A stretch of DNA of 64,000 nt, taken from NCBI RefSeq assembly GCF_024223415.1, contig NZ_CP100500.1. One strand, given 5' to 3'. Source of the DNA: Escherichia coli. GTDB taxonomy: Bacteria > Pseudomonadota > Gammaproteobacteria > Enterobacterales > Enterobacteriaceae. Below the pieces are notes generated by a model. It made no database searches. It worked only from the letters and a program-made list of their open reading frames with translations, and had not been told where the DNA came from. Shown here one piece after another: positions 23,033-33,784 of the stretch. How positions within the stretch are numbered: position 1 is the first letter of the stretch; the number at the start of each line of letters is the position of its first letter. The position numbers and the translations under genes are program-made.

Positions 23033-24150
23033 GCTTCACTCTCCTGCTGACGATACTGATACCACGCGGCGCACGCTCCTTCGGAGGAAACCATCAGCGC
23101 ACCAAACGCGGTTTGAGGATTACAGGTGTTACCAAACAGCGGGCATTGATGCGGCTTACATTTGCCCGTCAAGACTTCGCCACAACGCGCGCGCGGGTCA
23201 TCGCAGACCTGCTGCGGTGCCGGGCGGAAATGTGCTTCGGCATCGAATCGTTGATAATCCGGCGTCAGGTGCACGCCAGAAGATTCAATCACGCCTAAGC
23301 CGCGCCATTCGCTGTCGCCGTTGACACAGAACACATCGGCAATCGCCTGTTGCGCCAGCAGGTTACCGGCATCCGGTACCACCCGACGATACTGATTCTC
23401 TACCTTGCTGTGGGCCGCTATTTTCTGCTCCACCAGCATCACCACGCCTTGCAGTAGATCAAGGGGTTCGAAACCAGCGACCACCAGCGGACGATGAAAA
23501 TCGCTGGCGATAAAATTATAGGCATCAGTGCCGATAACCATACTAACGTGGCCCGGCGCGAGGAACGCGTCGATACCGTTATCCGGCTGTTCCAGCAAAC
23601 TGCGCAGCGTCGGGATAAGCGTAATGTGCTGGCAGAAGAAGTAAAAATTCTGCACATCACGCGCTTTCGCCTGTTGCAGAGTGATGGCGGTGGTCGGCAT
23701 GGTGGTTTCAAAACCTAAGCCGAAGAACACCACTTTGCGGGTTGGATTCTCCTGCGCCAGTTTCAACGCATCCATCGGCGAATAGACGATGCGCACATCG
23801 GCACCGCGTGCTTTTGCCTGCAACAGCGATCCCTGTTTCCCCGGCACGCGCATGGCGTCGCCAAAGGTACAGAAGATGACTTCCGGATGGCTGGCAATCT
23901 CCACGCAGGTGTCGATTCTGCCCATCGGCAGTACGCACACCGGGCAACCCGGACCGTGGATAAACTCAACGTTTTCAGGCAGTAACTGGTCGAGGCCGAA
24001 TTTAAAAATGGCGTGGGTATGACCACCGCACACTTCCATAATCCGCAGAGGGCGTTCGGCGGTGTAAGAGAGATGTGAAGCACGTTCGCGCAGATGCTCA
24101 ATTAACTGCATCACCTGTTCCGGCGCGCGATATTCATCAACAAAACGCAT
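23029..24150 (-). CDS. hypD: Hydrogenase maturation Fe-S protein HypD
   Basis: 373 aa; CGxH and CPVC motifs. Confidence 0.95.
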   Translation of the reverse strand: MRFVDEYRAPEQVMQLIEHLRERASHLSYTAERPLRIMEVCGGHTHAIFKFGLDQLLPENVEFIHGPGCPVCVLPMGRIDTCVEIASHPEVIFCTFGDAMRVPGKQGSLLQAKARGADVRIVYSPMDALKLAQENPTRKVVFFGLGFETTMPTTAITLQQAKARDVQNFYFFCQHITLIPTLRSLLEQPDNGIDAFLAPGHVSMVIGTDAYNFIASDFHRPLVVAGFEPLDLLQGVVMLVEQKIAAHSKVENQYRRVVPDAGNLLAQQAIADVFCVNGDSEWRGLGVIESSGVHLTPDYQRFDAEAHFRPAPQQVCDDPRARCGEVLTGKCKPHQCPLFGNTCNPQTAFGALMVSSEGACAAWYQYRQQESEA

Positions 24151-24422
24151 TATTTTTCCTCGCCATACAACAGCGCGCCGACATCCGGCTCAACGTCAAA
24201 CATGTTTTGTAAGGCGTCGAGAGTGTCGCGTGCTTCGGCTTCATTAATTACGCTCATGGCAAAGCCAACGTGTACCAGTACCCACTGGCCCACGCGCGGC
24301 TGACCGTTTTCATCGCAGCTGCCGACTAACGTTAAATCGACATCGCGCTGAATGCCGCAGATGTCGACTTTCGCCTGGTTGCCGTCAATGGTGCGGATCT
24401 GGCCGGGAACGCCTATGCACAT
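24150..24422 (-). CDS. hypC: Hydrogenase maturation chaperone HypC
   Basis: Start at conserved MCIGVPGQ (90 aa); ORF-track frame extends to 24449. Confidence 0.93.
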   Translation of the reverse strand: MCIGVPGQIRTIDGNQAKVDICGIQRDVDLTLVGSCDENGQPRVGQWVLVHVGFAMSVINEAEARDTLDALQNMFDVEPDVGALLYGEEK

Positions 24423-25285
24423 CGCTGTGTCTCCAGCCAGTTCAGCCACTGGTCCATCCCTTCGCCGCTGGTGGCGGAAATAAGGATGATTTCAATTTCT
24501 GGATTGACTTCGCGGGCGCAGGCGATGCACTTCTCAACGTCAAAGTTAAGATACGGCAGCAGGTCAACTTTGTTGAGCAGCATTAGCGAGGCGGCGGCAA
24601 ACATATGCGGATATTTCAGCGGTTTGTCTTCACCTTCGGTAACGGAAAGCACCGCCACTTTGTGTTTTTCACCGAGATCGAAGCTGGCCGGGCATACGAG
24701 GTTGCCAACGTTTTCGATAAACAGAATACCGTTATCGTCCAGTGGCAGGCGCGGTGCGGCGTCGGCAATCATCTGTGCGTCAAGATGGCAGCCTTTACCG
24801 GTATTCACCTGAATCGCTGGTGTGCCGGTAGCGCGAATGCGTGCGGCATCGTTCACGGTTTGCTGATCGCCTTCAATAACCGCGCACGGAACGCTGTCTT
24901 TCAGGCGCATTAAGGTTTCCGTCAGCAGGGTGGTTTTACCGGAACCTGGGCTGGAAACCAGGTTGAGCACCAGTTGCTTGCGGGCAGCAAAGCGCGCGCG
25001 GTTGCGTTCAGCCAGACGGTTATTTTTGTCCAGCACGTCAATTTCGACTTCCAGCATCCGACGCTGGCTCATGCCCGGTGCGTGAGTGCCCGCTTCGCCA
25101 TGACCGTAATGCAGGTCGCCTTCTTCAGTCTGGCTGGGGGTAAATTCAGGCGCTTTAATTCCGGTGATTTTCATCTTCGGGCGTGCCGCCGGGGCAAATG
25201 GCGCGCTACGAAACGCGGAATGAGGGTTATGTTCATCACCCTCGATATACAGGTTGCCTTCACCGCAACCGCATGTTGTACACAT
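24413..25285 (-). CDS. hypB: Hydrogenase nickel-incorporation GTPase HypB
   Basis: 290 aa; [10 protein letters not shown] metal-binding N-terminus; GSGKTT P-loop. Confidence 0.95.
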   Translation of the reverse strand: MCTTCGCGEGNLYIEGDEHNPHSAFRSAPFAPAARPKMKITGIKAPEFTPSQTEEGDLHYGHGEAGTHAPGMSQRRMLEVEIDVLDKNNRLAERNRARFAARKQLVLNLVSSPGSGKTTLLTETLMRLKDSVPCAVIEGDQQTVNDAARIRATGTPAIQVNTGKGCHLDAQMIADAAPRLPLDDNGILFIENVGNLVCPASFDLGEKHKVAVLSVTEGEDKPLKYPHMFAAASLMLLNKVDLLPYLNFDVEKCIACAREVNPEIEIILISATSGEGMDQWLNWLETQRCA

Positions 25286-25288
25286 CGC

Positions 25289-25639
25289 TCACTCCTGGTC
25301 TATTTCTATCCGCCGAATCTGTAAACCGTCGTCTGCCACAATCTGTAGCATGTCACCATGACACTGTGGACAGCGGCGGACGCGCTGGGTCAGTAGCGTC
25401 ACATACTGTTGGCATGTTTCACACCAGCATTCGGCCTCTTGTTCTTCGAGGTGCAGTTTACAACCTTCCGCCACGCTGCCGCGGCAAACCAGATCAAAAC
25501 AAAAGGCAAGAGAGCTGGTTTCGACACAAGAAAATGCGCCAATTTTGAGCCAGACCCCAGTTACGCGTTTTGCGCCGTGTTTTGCGGCCTGCTGTTCGAT
25601 CAATTCCAGTGCCCGTTGGCAGAGGGTTATTTCGTGCAT
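25289..25639 (-). CDS. hypA: Hydrogenase nickel-insertion protein HypA
   Basis: Start at MHEITLCQ (116 aa); zinc-finger CxxC...CPQC. Confidence 0.94.
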   Translation of the reverse strand: MHEITLCQRALELIEQQAAKHGAKRVTGVWLKIGAFSCVETSSLAFCFDLVCRGSVAEGCKLHLEEQEAECWCETCQQYVTLLTQRVRRCPQCHGDMLQIVADDGLQIRRIEIDQE

Positions 25640-25668
25640 ATCGCCTCCCATTAACTATGGCTAGCCAC

Positions 25669-25686
25669 AAGCAATAATTGTGCCAG
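25669..25686 (-). promoter_or_regulatory. sigma54 (-24/-12) promoter for the hyp operon
   Basis: Minus-strand reading CTGGCACaattaTTGCT, with GG and GC 12 bp apart, about 30 bp upstream of hypA. Confidence 0.7.
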
Positions 25687-25710
25687 TATTGATTATCCCT
25701 GCGGTGAATA

Positions 25711-25740
25711 ATGTCGATGATGTCGAAATGACACGTCGAC
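25711..25740. promoter_or_regulatory. Putative FhlA upstream activating sequence in the hypA-hycA intergenic region
   Basis: atgtcgatgatgtcgaaatgacacgtcgac; a near-identical element recurs at 26354-26378. Confidence 0.5.
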
Positions 25741-25798
25741 ACGGCGACGAAATTCATCTTTAGCTTAAAAATCGTTTTAATAACAATGAATTAAAAGT

Positions 25799-25814
25799 TG
25801 GCACAGAAAATGCT
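25799..25814 (+). promoter_or_regulatory. sigma54 (-24/-12) promoter for the hyc operon
   Basis: TGGCACagaaaaTGCT, with GG and GC 12 bp apart, about 40 bp upstream of the hycA ATG. Confidence 0.7.
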
Positions 25815-25850
25815 TAAAGCTGGCATCTCTGTTAAACGGGTAACCTGACA

Positions 25851-26312
25851 ATGACTATTTGGGAAATAAGCGAGAAAGCCGATTACATCGCACAGCGGCA
25901 TCGTCGCCTACAGGACCAGTGGCACAACTACTGCAATTCGCTGGTTCAGGGGATCACGTTATCGAAAGCGCGCCTGCATCACGCCATGAGCTGCGCGCCG
26001 GACAAAGAACTCTGTTTCGTCCTTTTTGAACATTTTCGTATTTACGTCACCCTGGCGGATGGCTTTAACAGCCACACCATCGAGTATTACGTCGAAACAA
26101 AAGAGGGCGAAGACAAACAGCGGATTGCGCAGGCGCAACTGAGCATTGACGGCATGATTGATGGCAAGGTCAACATCCGCGATCGCGAACAGGTTCTGGA
26201 ACACTATCTCGAAAAAATCGCTGGCGTTTACGACAGCTTATACACCGCCATTGAAAACAATGTGCCGGTGAATTTAAGCCAACTGGTAAAGGGACAAAGC
26301 CCGGCAGCATGA
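25851..26312 (+). CDS. hycA: Formate hydrogenlyase regulatory protein HycA
   Basis: 153 aa; matches HycA; first gene of hyc operon. Confidence 0.94.
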   Translation: MTIWEISEKADYIAQRHRRLQDQWHNYCNSLVQGITLSKARLHHAMSCAPDKELCFVLFEHFRIYVTLADGFNSHTIEYYVETKEGEDKQRIAQAQLSIDGMIDGKVNIRDREQVLEHYLEKIAGVYDSLYTAIENNVPVNLSQLVKGQSPAA

Positions 26313-26353
26313 GCTGAGGCTTTGCCCGTTTTGCAGGCGTTACGCCTGTTTGG

Positions 26354-26408
26354 GGATGGGCGTGTCGATGAGTGTCGAAAATGACATTTCATCGGCATGT
26401 TTTCGTCA
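26354..26408. promoter_or_regulatory. Second putative FhlA upstream activating sequence (hycA-hycB intergenic)
   Basis: gtgtcgatgagtgtcgaaaatgaca (26354-26378) plus gtcaaaaatgaca (26396-26408); shares the GTCGAAA(A)TGACA core with 25711-25733. Confidence 0.5.
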
Positions 26409-26436
26409 AAAATGACAATCACCTGAGGAATGCCTG

Positions 26437-27048
26437 GTGAATCGTTTTGTAATTGCTGACTCCACGCTCTGTATCGGCTGCCACACTTGTGAGGCCGCCT
26501 GTTCAGAGACGCATCGCCAGCACGGCCTGCAATCAATGCCGCGCCTGAGAGTGATGCTGAATGAAAAAGAATCTGCGCCGCAGCTCTGTCACCACTGTGA
26601 AGATGCACCCTGCGCGGTGGTCTGCCCGGTTAACGCCATCACCCGCGTTGATGGGGCCGTGCAGTTGAATGAAAGCCTGTGCGTAAGCTGCAAGCTGTGC
26701 GGCATCGCCTGCCCGTTTGGCGCAATTGAATTTTCCGGCAGCCGTCCGCTGGATATTCCTGCAAATGCCAATACCCCGAAAGCGCCACCGGCACCGCCTG
26801 CTCCGGCGCGTATCAGTACGCTGCTTGACTGGGTGCCGGGTATTCGCGCGATCGCCGTCAAATGTGACCTTTGCAGTTTTGATGAACAAGGTCCGGCCTG
26901 CGTGCGGATGTGCCCGACTAAAGCCCTGCATCTGGTGGATAACACCGATATCGCCCGCGTCAGCAAACGTAAGCGTGAGCTGACCTTTAATACGGACTTT
27001 GGCGATCTCACCTTGTTTCAGCAGGCTCAAAGTGGAGAGGCTAAATGA
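26437..27048 (+). CDS. hycB: Formate hydrogenlyase subunit 2 (4Fe-4S ferredoxin-type)
   Basis: 203 aa; multiple CxxCxxCxxxCP motifs. Confidence 0.95.
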   Translation: MNRFVIADSTLCIGCHTCEAACSETHRQHGLQSMPRLRVMLNEKESAPQLCHHCEDAPCAVVCPVNAITRVDGAVQLNESLCVSCKLCGIACPFGAIEFSGSRPLDIPANANTPKAPPAPPAPARISTLLDWVPGIRAIAVKCDLCSFDEQGPACVRMCPTKALHLVDNTDIARVSKRKRELTFNTDFGDLTLFQQAQSGEAK

Positions 27049-28871
27049 GCGCAATTTCCCTGATCAATAGCGGCGTGGCGTGGTTTGTCGCCGCCGCTGT
27101 TCTGGCATTTCTCTTTTCTTTTCAAAAGGCGCTAAGCGGCTGGATAGCCGGAATTGGCGGCGCGGTTGGTAGCCTGTATACGGCAGCCGCGGGCTTCACT
27201 GTGCTGACTGGCGCGGTTGGCGTGAGCGGTGCGCTGTCGCTGGTAAGCTACGATGTGCAAATCTCTCCGCTTAACGCGATTTGGCTGATTACGCTCGGTC
27301 TGTGCGGTCTGTTTGTCAGCCTCTACAACATTGACTGGCATCGCCACGCGCAGGTGAAGTGCAACGGCTTGCAGATCAATATGTTGATGGCTGCCGCCGT
27401 CTGCGCCGTCATCGCCAGCAACCTCGGCATGTTCGTGGTAATGGCTGAAGTCATGGCCTTGTGTGCGGTGTTCCTTACCAGCAACAGCAAAGAGGGCAAA
27501 CTGTGGTTTGCGCTGGGGCGTCTTGGCACTCTGCTGCTGGCGATTGCTTGCTGGCTGCTGTGGCAACGTTATGGCACGCTGGATCTGCGCCTGCTGGATA
27601 TGCGTATGCAACAGCTGCCGCTCGGTTCCGATATCTGGCTGCTCGGTGTGATTGGCTTTGGCCTGCTGGCCGGGATTATTCCGCTGCACGGCTGGGTGCC
27701 GCAGGCACATGCTAACGCCTCTGCGCCAGCTGCCGCGTTGTTTTCTACGGTAGTCATGAAAATTGGCCTGCTGGGCATTTTAACCCTGTCGCTGCTGGGT
27801 GGTAACGCGCCGCTGTGGTGGGGGATCGCGCTGCTGGTGCTCGGCATGATCACCGCGTTCGTCGGCGGTCTGTATGCGTTGATGGAACACAATATCCAGC
27901 GTCTACTGGCTTACCACACCCTGGAAAATATCGGCATTATCCTGCTGGGGCTGGGCGCTGGCGTAACGGGTATCGCGCTAGAACAACCGGCGCTGATTGC
28001 TCTTGGCCTGGTCGGTGGTCTGTACCATCTGCTTAACCATAGCCTGTTCAAAAGCGTACTGTTCCTCGGGGCGGGGAGCGTCTGGTTCCGTACCGGTCAT
28101 CGCGATATCGAAAAACTCGGTGGTATTGGCAAGAAAATGCCGGTTATCTCCATCGCCATGTTAGTCGGGCTGATGGCAATGGCTGCGCTGCCGCCGCTGA
28201 ACGGGTTTGCCGGGGAATGGGTTATCTATCAATCCTTTTTCAAACTGAGCAATAGTGGCGCGTTTGTTGCCCGTCTGCTGGGGCCGCTGCTCGCTGTGGG
28301 TCTGGCAATTACCGGTGCGCTGGCGGTGATGTGTATGGCGAAAGTCTATGGCGTCACGTTCCTCGGCGCGCCGCGTACCAAAGAAGCCGAAAACGCCACC
28401 TGTGCACCGCTCCTGATGAGCGTAAGCGTAGTGGCACTGGCGATTTGCTGCGTAATTGGCGGTGTTGCTGCGCCGTGGCTACTGCCGATGCTCTCTGCTG
28501 CTGTACCTCTGCCGCTGGAGCCTGCTAACACCACCGTTTCTCAACCGATGATCACGTTGCTGCTGATTGCCTGCCCGCTGCTGCCATTCATCATTATGGC
28601 GATTTGCAAAGGCGATCGTTTGCCATCGCGTTCCCGCGGCGCGGCCTGGGTGTGCGGCTACGACCACGAAAAATCAATGGTGATTACCGCTCACGGTTTT
28701 GCCATGCCGGTGAAACAGGCGTTTGCGCCGGTGCTGAAACTGCGCAAATGGCTGAATCCGGTGTCGCTGGTGCCGGGCTGGCAGTGCGAAGGCAGTGCGT
28801 TGCTGTTCCGCCGGATGGCGCTGGTTGAACTGGCGGTACTGGTGGTGATTATTGTTTCACGAGGAGCCTGA
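27045..28871 (+). CDS. hycC: Formate hydrogenlyase subunit 3 (membrane, NuoL-like)
   Basis: 608 aa polytopic membrane protein. Confidence 0.95.
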   Translation: MSAISLINSGVAWFVAAAVLAFLFSFQKALSGWIAGIGGAVGSLYTAAAGFTVLTGAVGVSGALSLVSYDVQISPLNAIWLITLGLCGLFVSLYNIDWHRHAQVKCNGLQINMLMAAAVCAVIASNLGMFVVMAEVMALCAVFLTSNSKEGKLWFALGRLGTLLLAIACWLLWQRYGTLDLRLLDMRMQQLPLGSDIWLLGVIGFGLLAGIIPLHGWVPQAHANASAPAAALFSTVVMKIGLLGILTLSLLGGNAPLWWGIALLVLGMITAFVGGLYALMEHNIQRLLAYHTLENIGIILLGLGAGVTGIALEQPALIALGLVGGLYHLLNHSLFKSVLFLGAGSVWFRTGHRDIEKLGGIGKKMPVISIAMLVGLMAMAALPPLNGFAGEWVIYQSFFKLSNSGAFVARLLGPLLAVGLAITGALAVMCMAKVYGVTFLGAPRTKEAENATCAPLLMSVSVVALAICCVIGGVAAPWLLPMLSAAVPLPLEPANTTVSQPMITLLLIACPLLPFIIMAICKGDRLPSRSRGAAWVCGYDHEKSMVITAHGFAMPVKQAFAPVLKLRKWLNPVSLVPGWQCEGSALLFRRMALVELAVLVVIIVSRGA

Positions 28872-28873
28872 GA

Positions 28874-29797
28874 ATGAGTGTTTTATATCCGTTAATTCAG
28901 GCGCTGGTGTTATTTGCCGTTGCGCCGCTGCTCTCCGGTATTACCCGCGTGGCGCGCGCCCGTCTGCATAACCGTCGTGGGCCGGGTGTGTTGCAGGAGT
29001 ATCGTGACATTTTCAAACTGCTGGGCCGCCAGAGCGTTGGCCCGGATGCCTCCGGCTGGGTGTTCCGCCTGACGCCGTATGTGATGGTGGGCGTCATGCT
29101 GACTATCGCTACTGCGCTGCCGGTGGTGACCGTCGGTTCTCCGCTGCCGCAGCTGGGTGATTTGATCACCTTACTGTATCTCTTTGCCATAGCGCGTTTC
29201 TTCTTTGCCATTTCTGGTCTGGATACCGGTAGCCCGTTTACCGCTATCGGCGCGAGCCGTGAAGCGATGCTGGGTGTGCTAGTCGAGCCGATGTTGTTGC
29301 TTGGTCTGTGGGTTGCCGCGCAGGTTGCTGGTTCCACCAACATCAGCAACATCACCGACACCGTTTATCACTGGCCGCTGAGCCAGAGTATCCCGCTGGT
29401 GCTGGCGCTTTGTGCCTGTGCGTTCGCCACTTTTATCGAAATGGGCAAACTGCCGTTCGACCTGGCGGAAGCCGAGCAGGAGTTGCAGGAAGGTCCGCTC
29501 TCTGAGTACAGCGGCAGCGGCTTTGGCGTCATGAAATGGGGTATCAGCCTGAAACAGTTGGTGGTGCTGCAGATGTTCGTCGGGGTGTTTATTCCGTGGG
29601 GACAAATGGAAACCTTCACCGTCGGTGGGCTGCTGCTGGCGTTGGTGATTGCCATCGTCAAACTGGTGGTCGGCGTCCTGGTTATCGCGCTGTTCGAAAA
29701 CAGCATGGCCCGTCTGCGTCTTGATATTACTCCGCGCATTACCTGGGCTGGGTTTGGCTTTGCATTTTTAGCGTTCGTCTCCTTGCTGGCGGCGTGA
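28874..29797 (+). CDS. hycD: Formate hydrogenlyase subunit 4 (membrane, NuoH-like)
   Basis: 307 aa membrane protein. Confidence 0.95.
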   Translation: MSVLYPLIQALVLFAVAPLLSGITRVARARLHNRRGPGVLQEYRDIFKLLGRQSVGPDASGWVFRLTPYVMVGVMLTIATALPVVTVGSPLPQLGDLITLLYLFAIARFFFAISGLDTGSPFTAIGASREAMLGVLVEPMLLLGLWVAAQVAGSTNISNITDTVYHWPLSQSIPLVLALCACAFATFIEMGKLPFDLAEAEQELQEGPLSEYSGSGFGVMKWGISLKQLVVLQMFVGVFIPWGQMETFTVGGLLLALVIAIVKLVVGVLVIALFENSMARLRLDITPRITWAGFGFAFLAFVSLLAA

Positions 29798-29814
29798 TTA
29801 AAGAGAGTTTGAGC

Positions 29815-31524
29815 ATGTCTGAAGAAAAATTAGGTCAACATTATCTCGCCGCGCTGAATGAGGCATTTCCGGGCGTCGTGCTGGACCACGCCTGGCAGAC
29901 CAAAGATCAGCTGACTGTCACCGTAAAGGTGAACTACCTGCCGGAAGTGGTGGAGTTTCTTTACTACAAACAGGGTGGCTGGCTGTCGGTGCTGTTTGGT
30001 AACGACGAACGCAAACTGAATGGTCATTACGCCGTTTATTACGTGCTGTCGATGGAGAAGGGCACCAAGTGTTGGGTAACGGTTCGCGTCGAAGTTGATG
30101 CCAACAAACCGGAGTATCCGTCCGTGACGCCGCGCGTTCCGGCGGCGGTGTGGGGCGAGCGCGAAGTGCGCGATATGTACGGTTTGATTCCGGTAGGGCT
30201 GCCGGATGAACGCCGTCTGGTGCTGCCGGATGACTGGCCGGATGAACTTTATCCGCTGCGTAAAGACAGCATGGATTATCGTCAACGTCCGGCACCGACC
30301 ACCGATGCTGAAACCTACGAGTTCATCAACGAACTGGGCGACAAGAAAAACAACGTCGTGCCGATTGGTCCGCTGCACGTTACTTCTGACGAACCGGGTC
30401 ACTTCCGTCTGTTCGTCGATGGCGAAAACATTATCGACGCCGACTACCGTCTGTTCTACGTCCATCGCGGCATGGAAAAACTGGCGGAAACCCGTATGGG
30501 TTACAACGAAGTGACCTTCCTCTCTGACCGTGTGTGCGGGATCTGCGGCTTCGCCCACAGCACCGCCTACACCACGTCGGTGGAAAACGCGATGGGTATT
30601 CAGGTGCCAGAACGTGCGCAGATGATCCGCGCCATTCTGCTGGAGGTGGAACGCCTGCACTCGCATCTGCTCAACCTCGGCCTGGCCTGTCACTTTACCG
30701 GCTTTGACTCCGGCTTTATGCAGTTCTTCCGCGTGCGTGAAACCTCCATGAAAATGGCAGAGATCCTTACCGGTGCGCGTAAAACCTACGGCCTGAACTT
30801 GATCGGCGGGATTCGTCGCGATCTGCTGAAAGACGACATGAACCAGACCCGCCAGCTGGCACAACAGATGCGTCGTGAAGTGCAGGAGCTGGTGGATGTG
30901 CTGTTGAGTACGCCGAACATGGAACAGCGCACTGTCGGCATTGGTCGTCTGGACCCGGAAATCGCCCGCGACTTCAGTAACGTCGGCCCGATGGTCCGCG
31001 CCAGCGGTCACGCCCGCGATACCCGTGCCGATCACCCGTTTGTCGGTTATGGCCTGCTGCCGATGGAAGTGCACAGCGAGCAGGGCTGCGACGTTATTTC
31101 CCGTCTGAAAGTGCGTATCAATGAAGTCTATACCGCGCTGAACATGATCGACTACGGTCTGGATAACCTGCCGGGCGGTCCGCTGATGGTGGAAGGCTTT
31201 ACCTACATTCCGCACCGCTTTGCGCTGGGCTTTGCCGAAGCGCCGCGCGGCGATGATATTCACTGGAGCATGACCGGCGACAACCAGAAGCTGTTCCGCT
31301 GGCGCTGCCGTGCCGCGACCTACGCGAACTGGCCGACCCTGCGCTACATGCTGCGCGGCAACACCGTTTCCGATGCGCCGCTGATTATCGGTAGCCTGGA
31401 CCCTTGCTACTCCTGTACCGACCGCATGACCGTGGTCGATGTGCGTAAGAAGAAGAGCAAAGTGGTGCCGTACAAAGAACTCGAGCGTTACAGCATTGAG
31501 CGTAAAAACTCGCCGCTGAAATAA
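29815..31524 (+). CDS. hycE: Hydrogenase 3 large subunit (NiFe)
   Basis: Start at MSEEKLGQHYL (569 aa); ORF-track frame begins 21 bp upstream. NiFe-binding Cys motifs RVCGICGFAHS and DPCYSCTDR. Confidence 0.95.
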   Translation: MSEEKLGQHYLAALNEAFPGVVLDHAWQTKDQLTVTVKVNYLPEVVEFLYYKQGGWLSVLFGNDERKLNGHYAVYYVLSMEKGTKCWVTVRVEVDANKPEYPSVTPRVPAAVWGEREVRDMYGLIPVGLPDERRLVLPDDWPDELYPLRKDSMDYRQRPAPTTDAETYEFINELGDKKNNVVPIGPLHVTSDEPGHFRLFVDGENIIDADYRLFYVHRGMEKLAETRMGYNEVTFLSDRVCGICGFAHSTAYTTSVENAMGIQVPERAQMIRAILLEVERLHSHLLNLGLACHFTGFDSGFMQFFRVRETSMKMAEILTGARKTYGLNLIGGIRRDLLKDDMNQTRQLAQQMRREVQELVDVLLSTPNMEQRTVGIGRLDPEIARDFSNVGPMVRASGHARDTRADHPFVGYGLLPMEVHSEQGCDVISRLKVRINEVYTALNMIDYGLDNLPGGPLMVEGFTYIPHRFALGFAEAPRGDDIHWSMTGDNQKLFRWRCRAATYANWPTLRYMLRGNTVSDAPLIIGSLDPCYSCTDRMTVVDVRKKKSKVVPYKELERYSIERKNSPLK

Positions 31525-31533
31525 GGAATCGCC

Positions 31534-32076
31534 ATGTTTACCTTTATCAAAAAAGTCATCAAAACCGGCACGGCGACCTCGTCTTATCCGCTGGAGCCGA
31601 TTGCGGTTGATAAAAACTTCCGTGGTAAGCCAGAGCAGAACCCGCAGCAGTGCATCGGCTGCGCGGCCTGCGTCAATGCCTGCCCGTCAAACGCCTTAAC
31701 GGTTGAAACTGACCTCGCCACAGGAGAGCTGGCCTGGGAGTTTAATCTCGGGCGCTGCATCTTCTGTGGACGCTGCGAAGAAGTTTGCCCGACGGCGGCA
31801 ATCAAACTGTCGCAAGAGTACGAACTGGCGGTGTGGAAGAAAGAAGACTTCCTGCAACAGTCCCGCTTCGCGCTGTGCAACTGTCGCGTCTGCAATCGTC
31901 CTTTCGCCGTCCAGAAAGAGATCGACTACGCCATTGCTCTGCTTAAGCACAATGGTGACAGCCGCGCGGAAAACCACCGCGAAAGCTTTGAGACTTGCCC
32001 GGAATGTAAGCGCCAGAAATGCCTGGTGCCGTCCGACCGTATTGAACTGACTCGCCATATGAAAGAGGCCATCTGA
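31534..32076 (+). CDS. hycF: Formate hydrogenlyase subunit 6 (Fe-S)
   Basis: 180 aa; 2x CxxCxxCxxxCP. Confidence 0.95.
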   Translation: MFTFIKKVIKTGTATSSYPLEPIAVDKNFRGKPEQNPQQCIGCAACVNACPSNALTVETDLATGELAWEFNLGRCIFCGRCEEVCPTAAIKLSQEYELAVWKKEDFLQQSRFALCNCRVCNRPFAVQKEIDYAIALLKHNGDSRAENHRESFETCPECKRQKCLVPSDRIELTRHMKEAI

Positions 32077-32843
32077 TGAGCAATTTATTAGGCCCCCGTG
32101 ACGCCAACGGCATTCCGGTCCCGATGACGGTGGATGAATCCATCGCCAGCATGAAGGCGTCGTTACTGAAAAAAATCAAACGTTCTGCCTACGTTTACCG
32201 CGTGGACTGCGGCGGCTGCAACGGCTGCGAAATCGAAATTTTCGCCACGCTTTCGCCGCTGTTTGATGCAGAACGCTTCGGCATTAAAGTCGTTCCTTCA
32301 CCGCGTCATGCGGATATTTTACTGTTTACCGGCGCGGTCACCCGTGCAATGCGATCCCCTGCGCTGCGTGCGTGGCAGTCCGCGCCGGACCCGAAAATTT
32401 GTATCTCCTACGGTGCCTGCGGTAACAGCGGCGGGATCTTCCACGATCTCTACTGCGTGTGGGGCGGTACGGATAAAATCGTCCCGGTGGATGTTTATAT
32501 CCCTGGCTGCCCGCCAACGCCAGCCGCCACGCTGTACGGCTTTGCAATGGCGCTCGGCCTGCTGGAGCAGAAAATTCACGCCCGTGGGCCGGGTGAGCAG
32601 GATGAACAACCGGCGGAGATCCTGCATGGCGATATGGTGCAGCCGCTGCGTGTGAAAGTGGATCGCGAAGCACGTCGACTGGCGGGTTATCGTTACGGTC
32701 GTCAGATTGCCGATGATTACCTTACACAGTTAGGGCAGGGCGAAGAACAGGTTGCACGCTGGCTGGAAGCGGAAAACGATCCGCGTCTGAACGAGATTGT
32801 CAGCCATCTGAATCATGTTGTTGAAGAGGCGCGTATCCGATGA
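32076..32843 (+). CDS. hycG: Hydrogenase 3 small subunit
   Basis: 255 aa; NuoB-like Cys motifs. Confidence 0.95.
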   Translation: MSNLLGPRDANGIPVPMTVDESIASMKASLLKKIKRSAYVYRVDCGGCNGCEIEIFATLSPLFDAERFGIKVVPSPRHADILLFTGAVTRAMRSPALRAWQSAPDPKICISYGACGNSGGIFHDLYCVWGGTDKIVPVDVYIPGCPPTPAATLYGFAMALGLLEQKIHARGPGEQDEQPAEILHGDMVQPLRVKVDREARRLAGYRYGRQIADDYLTQLGQGEEQVARWLEAENDPRLNEIVSHLNHVVEEARIR

Positions 32844-33250
32844 GTGAAAAGGTGGTGTTCAGTCAACTGAGCCGTAAATTTATTGATGAGAACGATGCCA
32901 CGCCCGCCGAGGCGCAGCAGGTGGTCTATTACAGCCTGGCGATTGGTCACCACCTTGGGGTTATCGATTGCCTGGAAGCAGCGCTCACCTGCCCGTGGGA
33001 TGAATATCTGGCATGGATTGCCACTCTGGAGGCGGGCAGCGAAGCCCGCCGCAAAATGGAAGGTGTGCCGAAGTATGGTGAAATCGTCATCGACATTAAC
33101 CATGTGCCGATGCTGGCCAACGCATTCGATAAAGCCCGGGCAGCGCAAACTTCGCAGCAGAAAGAATGGAGTACAATGCTGTTAAGTATGTTGCATGATA
33201 TTCATCAGGAAAACGCCATCTATTTTATGGTGAGGAGACTGCGTGACTGA
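32840..33250 (+). CDS. hycH: Formate hydrogenlyase maturation protein HycH
   Basis: 136 aa; synteny and sequence match. Confidence 0.92.
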   Translation: MSEKVVFSQLSRKFIDENDATPAEAQQVVYYSLAIGHHLGVIDCLEAALTCPWDEYLAWIATLEAGSEARRKMEGVPKYGEIVIDINHVPMLANAFDKARAAQTSQQKEWSTMLLSMLHDIHQENAIYFMVRRLRD

Positions 33251-33713
33251 CGTTTTACTCTGTGTTGGCAATAGCATGATGGGCGATGATGGCGCAGGTC
33301 CGCTGCTGGCGGAAAAGTGCGCTGCCGCGCCGAAAGGTAACTGGGTGGTGATTGACGGCGGTAGTGCACCGGAAAACGACATCGTCGCCATCCGTGAACT
33401 GCGCCCTACGCGGTTACTGATTGTTGACGCTACTGATATGGGGCTAAACCCCGGCGAAATCCGCATCATCGACCCGGATGATATCGCCGAGATGTTTATG
33501 ATGACTACCCATAACATGCCGTTGAACTACCTTATCGATCAGTTGAAAGAAGATATTGGCGAAGTGATTTTCCTCGGCATCCAGCCGGATATCGTCGGCT
33601 TTTACTACCCGATGACCCAGCCGATTAAAGATGCGGTAGAAACCGTTTATCAACGACTGGAAGGCTGGGAAGGGAACGGCGGCTTCGCGCAGTTAGCGGT
33701 GGAAGAAGAGTAG
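33243..33713 (+). CDS. hycI: Hydrogenase 3 maturation endopeptidase HycI
   Basis: 156 aa; matches HycI. Confidence 0.94.
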   Translation: MTDVLLCVGNSMMGDDGAGPLLAEKCAAAPKGNWVVIDGGSAPENDIVAIRELRPTRLLIVDATDMGLNPGEIRIIDPDDIAEMFMMTTHNMPLNYLIDQLKEDIGEVIFLGIQPDIVGFYYPMTQPIKDAVETVYQRLEGWEGNGGFAQLAVEEE

Positions 33714-33784
33714 TTTTTCAATAAGGAATCAGGACAGGGATGTTCTTGATGGGGTGAACCAGCTCTGATGCCAAATGCTAAATT

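Noticed and set aside
29830-31263. 477-aa ORF antisense to hycE
   Set aside because: Same reasoning: it lies wholly within hycE on the opposite strand; an antisense-frame artefact.
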